From positions 53,987 through 73,986 of the IMG/VR virus record IMGVR_UViG_3300037512_001285: a DNA stretch of 20,000 nt, one strand, 5' to 3'. Positions within the stretch are counted from its first letter, which is position 1; the number at the start of each line of letters is the position of its first letter. This DNA comes from an uncultured virus (IMG/VR IMGVR_UViG_3300037512_001285) (lineage: Duplodnaviria; Heunggongvirae; Uroviricota; Caudoviricetes). The notes beneath the pieces are model-generated. The model was given only the letters and a program-made list of their open reading frames with translations, had not been told where the DNA came from and searched no databases. Positions 15,831-20,000 of the stretch are shown piece after piece. The position numbers and the translations under genes are program-made.

Positions 15831-17678
15831 TTAACCGAGAGCTTCTTGGCCGTCAACGACAGAATTTCTGAAGGTATCACCATATGCCTTACCAGCAACA
15901 GCAAGTCCTTTCTGGTAGTCAGGAGCGGTGTCCCAGTCGACATTCCAACGATCGAAGAACGGCTTGAAGACTGCATCGTACAATCTCTTCTTTTCATCCT
16001 TATCAGGTTGCTTTGCAATATAATCCTTAATACCGTGAAGTACAAAGAGTTTATCACGTGTTACAGTATCCTTGATGTCGCCCATAAATGTTTGTTTAAA
16101 TATATCAAGAACATAACTTGCGAGTTGGTCATTCTTCTGATCCGCGAGCCATGTAGCAAGATTTTCGAATTCCTTATCTGTAGGAAGACTATCAGCGTGT
16201 GATGTAATAATAAGCTGTGCAAGGGGGAGTGCAATCTTCATCAAATCCTTTGCAGAAATCTTAACACTCTTACCACCGTTCTTCCAAACATCAGCGGTTA
16301 CACGATCAAAATCACCAATACTATGGATAACTGAAAGGAATGCCATGAAGGAATCAACTGCGGATGTGGGAACATACTTATTCAATACACGCCCAATTAC
16401 ATTATTAGGAATATCGAAGATTGTGAATCCCTGAAGATCCCCTGTATGTGAGAACTCGGCAAGGTCACGCATTGCATTTGTCCATGCGCGAGGAGTACAC
16501 AAAAGTGCTGTAGCAGAAGCGTTCTGGATATCCTCATTGGGGTCCATGTAATAATACTTACCACCACTCATGTTCTCTGATTCGGGAAGAGAAAGCCATT
16601 GAAGAAGGAGAGGCGACATAAACCCTTGCTGATCTGCCCATTTTCTCCAAGTATGGACTGTAGGTTCATAGTAAATATGAGCAAAACGGTTTAACATAGC
16701 GTTACCAAGTGGTGCTTGACCTGCGTCTTCATCCTCTGGACGGTTTGATGCACAAACAATACACCAACCGCTACCCATTTGCCAGCCGTTGAACTGACCT
16801 TCATTGATAAGAGGAAGACACACATTAAGAACTTGCTGTGTTGCACGAGACAACTCGTCGATAAACAACATACCCTTACCGAGTGCAGCATCAAGAGCAG
16901 CATCCTTTGCAGGATCACCTGTGGGATGATAAACAGGAAGCCATGTCTTAGGGACATCCTCTGCCTTTATATTACCTTCGCCAACCTCAACATACTTTGG
17001 AAGCATGAAGTTATCAGGAGTTTCGTTTGAAAGGGTCTTTACGATAAGGTTGTAGTCATTACCAGCAGCACGGAAACCAGCTACTACATCATTAAGAATA
17101 GCGGTCTTACCAATACCAGGAGCACCCCAGATAAGGAGTCTCGCTAGATTAGCTTTCTTAATATGCCTTGTAATTTCATCACGGAGTTCGGCATCATCAC
17201 AAATAATATTCCATTTTGCCTCCGGATCTTCTGTATGCATTTTCACTTCGTTAACATTTGCTTTATCGGGAGTTGAACTTTCATATATCTCCTGCCAGTA
17301 TTTAAATGTCTCGGTCTTACCGTCCTTTATCAATCCCAAAGCATCTTTGAGATTAGAACGAAGTCCAGATATCTTGGCAGCTTCTTTAGAATTATATACA
17401 AAAGTGAAGTCATCTTTAGCGACCCCTTCCTTATAAGCAACGCCGGCAGTCATAGGAGTGATTGCAGGTTGTACCTCTCCTTCGTTGGAAACAGGAAGAA
17501 CGTAAGTACCAATCTTTACAACAAGACCACGAATCCACTGCCATACTTGTTTGAATTTGTCTTTAACAGATTTAAATACATCTTTCAATGACTCATCAAG
17601 ATTTGCTTCCATCTCATTATGATCAATCATCTGGGATATAGATAATCTATCATTGAATTTCTCGGTAATATTTTTCAT
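15831..17678 (-). CDS. MoxR-type AAA+ ATPase with ~150-aa N-terminal extension
   Basis: Walker A IWGAPGIGKT, Walker B MLFIDEL, sensor ASNRPED, arginine finger NRF, TPRAW; VWA/peptidase partners nearby. Confidence 0.9.
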   Translation of the reverse strand: MKNITEKFNDRLSISQMIDHNEMEANLDESLKDVFKSVKDKFKQVWQWIRGLVVKIGTYVLPVSNEGEVQPAITPMTAGVAYKEGVAKDDFTFVYNSKEAAKISGLRSNLKDALGLIKDGKTETFKYWQEIYESSTPDKANVNEVKMHTEDPEAKWNIICDDAELRDEITRHIKKANLARLLIWGAPGIGKTAILNDVVAGFRAAGNDYNLIVKTLSNETPDNFMLPKYVEVGEGNIKAEDVPKTWLPVYHPTGDPAKDAALDAALGKGMLFIDELSRATQQVLNVCLPLINEGQFNGWQMGSGWCIVCASNRPEDEDAGQAPLGNAMLNRFAHIYYEPTVHTWRKWADQQGFMSPLLLQWLSLPESENMSGGKYYYMDPNEDIQNASATALLCTPRAWTNAMRDLAEFSHTGDLQGFTIFDIPNNVIGRVLNKYVPTSAVDSFMAFLSVIHSIGDFDRVTADVWKNGGKSVKISAKDLMKIALPLAQLIITSHADSLPTDKEFENLATWLADQKNDQLASYVLDIFKQTFMGDIKDTVTRDKLFVLHGIKDYIAKQPDKDEKKRLYDAVFKPFFDRWNVDWDTAPDYQKGLAVAGKAYGDTFRNSVVDGQEALG

Positions 17679-17709
17679 TTATAGCTATAAATTTATTTAA
17701 TCATTTGCC

Positions 17710-17718
17710 TAAATAATA
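17710..17718 (-). promoter_or_regulatory. TATTATTTA motif 31 nt upstream of the ATPase ATG
   Basis: ccTAAATAATAgt on +. Confidence 0.5.
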
Positions 17719-17738
17719 GTTGTAGAAGAACCTGGATT

Positions 17739-18389
17739 TTAGCTACTATGTTTATCCACCCACTTTCTCCAATAATTTAATATTTGTTCTCGGGTTCTTT
17801 TTTTGAATCTTCCCTCAGTAAATACAGCTTTACTCCATTCCTTTGGTGGAACCGGACGAATATCATGCATGAGATTTGGGATATATTCTCGAACACCGAA
17901 ATCTAGTCCTTGACTTTGTAACTGTTCAAGTAACATCTTATACTGCATATAGGACATTCCTTTTTTAAGAGGATCATTCCATGATTTTTCATAAATGGGT
18001 TTGAATATAGAGAAGATTCGGTCAGCCACAATATATCTCATCTTCGGTGGATAGTAGTGAAGATTGAATCCAAGAACGCGAGGTTGACCATCTTGGGTTT
18101 TGAACTCCGAAAAGAATATTGTCAGTGGGCATCCGTCATAGTATTCGAGTTCCTCTTTAGTAGCGGGTTCAAAGTAATTAAACATAATCAACTGGCCAGG
18201 CATGATACTACCTTTACCCATTGTTTTAATGTTTTCATCGACCCATTTTCTAACCTCAACATCCCTAACTCTTATATTACTTTTATATAATTTTTCTTCT
18301 CTTATGGCTTTTATAAGAGAATAATCTCGAGGGGGTTTATTTGGTGCCGGCTGTATTAACTTGCTTCCTTTTTTAGTTTTTTCATTCAT
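17739..18389 (-). CDS. DNA end protector protein, T4 gp2-like
   Basis: PGQLIMFNY.EPATKEELEYYD..PL.....LGFNLHYYPP..R matches the gp2 pattern; start 18389 (or 18401). Confidence 0.8.
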   Translation of the reverse strand: MNEKTKKGSKLIQPAPNKPPRDYSLIKAIREEKLYKSNIRVRDVEVRKWVDENIKTMGKGSIMPGQLIMFNYFEPATKEELEYYDGCPLTIFFSEFKTQDGQPRVLGFNLHYYPPKMRYIVADRIFSIFKPIYEKSWNDPLKKGMSYMQYKMLLEQLQSQGLDFGVREYIPNLMHDIRPVPPKEWSKAVFTEGRFKKRTREQILNYWRKWVDKHSS

Positions 18390-19491
18390 GATTAATTTCA
18401 TTTATCTTGTTTTCAAATAATGATATACATTCATCAATTTTTATACTATAAATTTCAAGATATCTAATATTATTAATTTTAGCAATATTTCTTTTCTTTA
18501 CATCAAAAATACTCCAAACATATACTGCTTGATCGTAAAATTTTGTACTTTTATGTTTCCATTCATCAATAATTTTTAAATCATTATTGTCTCCGTTATA
18601 TGGATGTTTTCCATGAGTCCAATGTCCTTGTATTTCTATATATAAATTATATTTTGGGATATAAAAATCACACAAATATGGGTATTCTTGTGATCTATAT
18701 TGATATTCAAAATTTATATTATTATTAATCAAATAATTTTGAAATTCTTTTTCTATTTTAGATGGTGTTCTTTTCTTCCCATCGATATCATATTTACCAT
18801 TTTTATGAGCTCTAATTAACGAATCTGATAATTTCCTAATAAGATTTTTATTTTGCATTGCATACTTCACTCCATATTTTGATAACATTGTATTGGTAAA
18901 TTTGTTTTGAACATTATCATTTTTCATCGGATTATCGCAACCATATTTATTAATACATGTTTGTTTACTTTTTTCGCGATTACAATAATACGGATTTCCA
19001 TATTTTTCTAATTTAGAATGACAACACTTATTTTGTATTGATTGGAGTTTAAACACGTTATCAACCCCGAATTTTTCAATACATGTTTGTTTACTTTTTT
19101 CTTGTAATTCTACAGAAGCTAATCCCCGACCGCCGTATTTTTTATTCATGGTTTTTGTTGCTTTTTCTGAATTATTATAATAAGGATCTCCATATTTTTC
19201 TAATTTAGAATTAAATATAGATTGTTTTCTTTCGTCACTCAATCCCATACATTTTTGAGAACAAAATTTACCATAACCGGCCGGACTATTTCTATATGGA
19301 ACCGGTTTACCACATACCGGACATATTGGTTTTATATCAATATTGTGCAAATATCTGTATAATTTTTCATTATAATTTGGTGAATCATCATACATAGACA
19401 TGATTGCTTTATAAAATTCGGGATATTTTGATGTGATAAGTTTTGTATTATATAAAGCTCTAATTTTGATATCTGGAGGATGCAATTCCAT
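18382..19491 (-). CDS. Putative homing endonuclease, paralog of 14343..15698 (Zn finger, 6 YG repeats, PD-(D/E)xK domain)
   Basis: CPVC...FCSQKC; EKYG repeats; SKIE...QY...YPYLCDFYIPKYNLYIEIQGHWTHG; very AT-rich. Confidence 0.8.
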   Translation of the reverse strand: MELHPPDIKIRALYNTKLITSKYPEFYKAIMSMYDDSPNYNEKLYRYLHNIDIKPICPVCGKPVPYRNSPAGYGKFCSQKCMGLSDERKQSIFNSKLEKYGDPYYNNSEKATKTMNKKYGGRGLASVELQEKSKQTCIEKFGVDNVFKLQSIQNKCCHSKLEKYGNPYYCNREKSKQTCINKYGCDNPMKNDNVQNKFTNTMLSKYGVKYAMQNKNLIRKLSDSLIRAHKNGKYDIDGKKRTPSKIEKEFQNYLINNNINFEYQYRSQEYPYLCDFYIPKYNLYIEIQGHWTHGKHPYNGDNNDLKIIDEWKHKSTKFYDQAVYVWSIFDVKKRNIAKINNIRYLEIYSIKIDECISLFENKINEINHE

Positions 19492-19511
19492 TTACTATCT
19501 TTTTATTTGAA

Positions 19512-19521
19512 TAAATAATAA
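19512..19521 (-). promoter_or_regulatory. TTATTATTTA motif 20 nt upstream of the endonuclease ATG
   Basis: aTAAATAATAAt on +. Confidence 0.55.
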
Positions 19522-19594
19522 TTTTTAATAAGATTCTATTAAATATTATGTATATTTTTAATAAATATATTCAAACAACAAATAAAACTCACGT

Positions 19595-19861
19595 ATGAAG
19601 ACTCTCTATTATCACGAATTTGCAAAGTCCATCGATGACAATGGTAATCCCATCCCGGCAAAAAAACTCAAATGGAAAGTTCCTAAGTGGTCCCGTATAG
19701 CATTCGAAGACCCCGAATATTGTCTCAAAGTTCGTCTGGAGAATCAGGAAAATCTCAAATATCACATCATTCGTGTGGTTCAGGCCGGACGGCTCAAAAG
19801 TATAGGCATCCGACTCAATGCCTGGCTCTGGAACGGAGATGATTGGACAATACTAAAATAA
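19595..19861 (+). CDS. Small hypothetical protein; the only plus-strand gene
   Basis: 88-aa ORF not overlapping any minus-strand gene, A-rich leader, own downstream terminator. Confidence 0.8.
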   Translation: MKTLYYHEFAKSIDDNGNPIPAKKLKWKVPKWSRIAFEDPEYCLKVRLENQENLKYHIIRVVQAGRLKSIGIRLNAWLWNGDDWTILK

Positions 19862-19885
19862 CTCCTCATATTTGAGAGAAAAATT

Positions 19886-19913
19886 AAAGGATGACCATTT
19901 AGTCATCCTTTTT
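19886..19913. terminator. Terminator between convergent genes
   Basis: aaaggatgac-cattta-gtcatccttt followed by further Ts. Confidence 0.85.
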
Positions 19914-19957
19914 GTGTTTTTTAATTATACGCGAGTTTTGGTAGTATTATGATGATT

Positions 19958-20000
19958 TTACCAGATCCTGGTGTAGATAGCTCCACTCATGTGTTCTAGG
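19958..20000 (-). CDS. Possible 3' end of a minus-strand gene entering from the right edge (...LEHMSGAIYTRIW*)
   Basis: frame open from the edge to TAA at 19958-19960, pointing at the terminator; another frame is also open, so the frame is uncertain. Confidence 0.3.
   Translation of the reverse strand, partial: LEHMSGAIYTRIW

Noticed and set aside
1..20000. tRNA, rRNA, CRISPR array, IS element or reverse-transcriptase system
   Set aside because: Intergenic gaps are short and occupied by terminators or the motif; no such signatures seen by eye

Overview
AT-rich segment of a large T4-related (probably jumbo) dsDNA phage genome. Standard genetic code; nearly all genes are on the minus strand. 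The class III nrdD and mostly SD-less, A-rich 5' UTRs suggest an anaerobic, possibly Bacteroidota, host (inference). Recognisable genes: nrdD, a DUF285/BspA-like repeat protein, a T4 gp14-like neck protein with an extra C-terminal domain, a T4 gp20-like portal, a HExxH metallopeptidase-like gene and an in-frame VWA gene (a split DUF2201-type protein), a TM+GAF-like candidate holin, a RuvC-like resolvase, a MoxR-type AAA+ ATPase, a T4 gp2-like DNA end protector, two repeat-containing PD-(D/E)xK homing-endonuclease-like genes and a possible third cut by the left edge. Most notable: (1) about nine otherwise unrelated proteins, including the MoxR ATPase and the metallopeptidase half, share an MK(H/S)L...(I/L/V)xE|S(L/V/I)FD-type leader resembling T4 capsid-targeting/prohead-protease signals, suggesting capsid-packaged cargo that may include a MoxR-VWA-peptidase machine; (2) a TATTATTTA motif in front of seven genes, four times exactly 3 nt before the ATG and twice fused to a terminator; (3) a frameshifted gene whose break lies in a perfect 14-bp palindrome. 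All family calls come from reading motifs by eye; no database searches were run.
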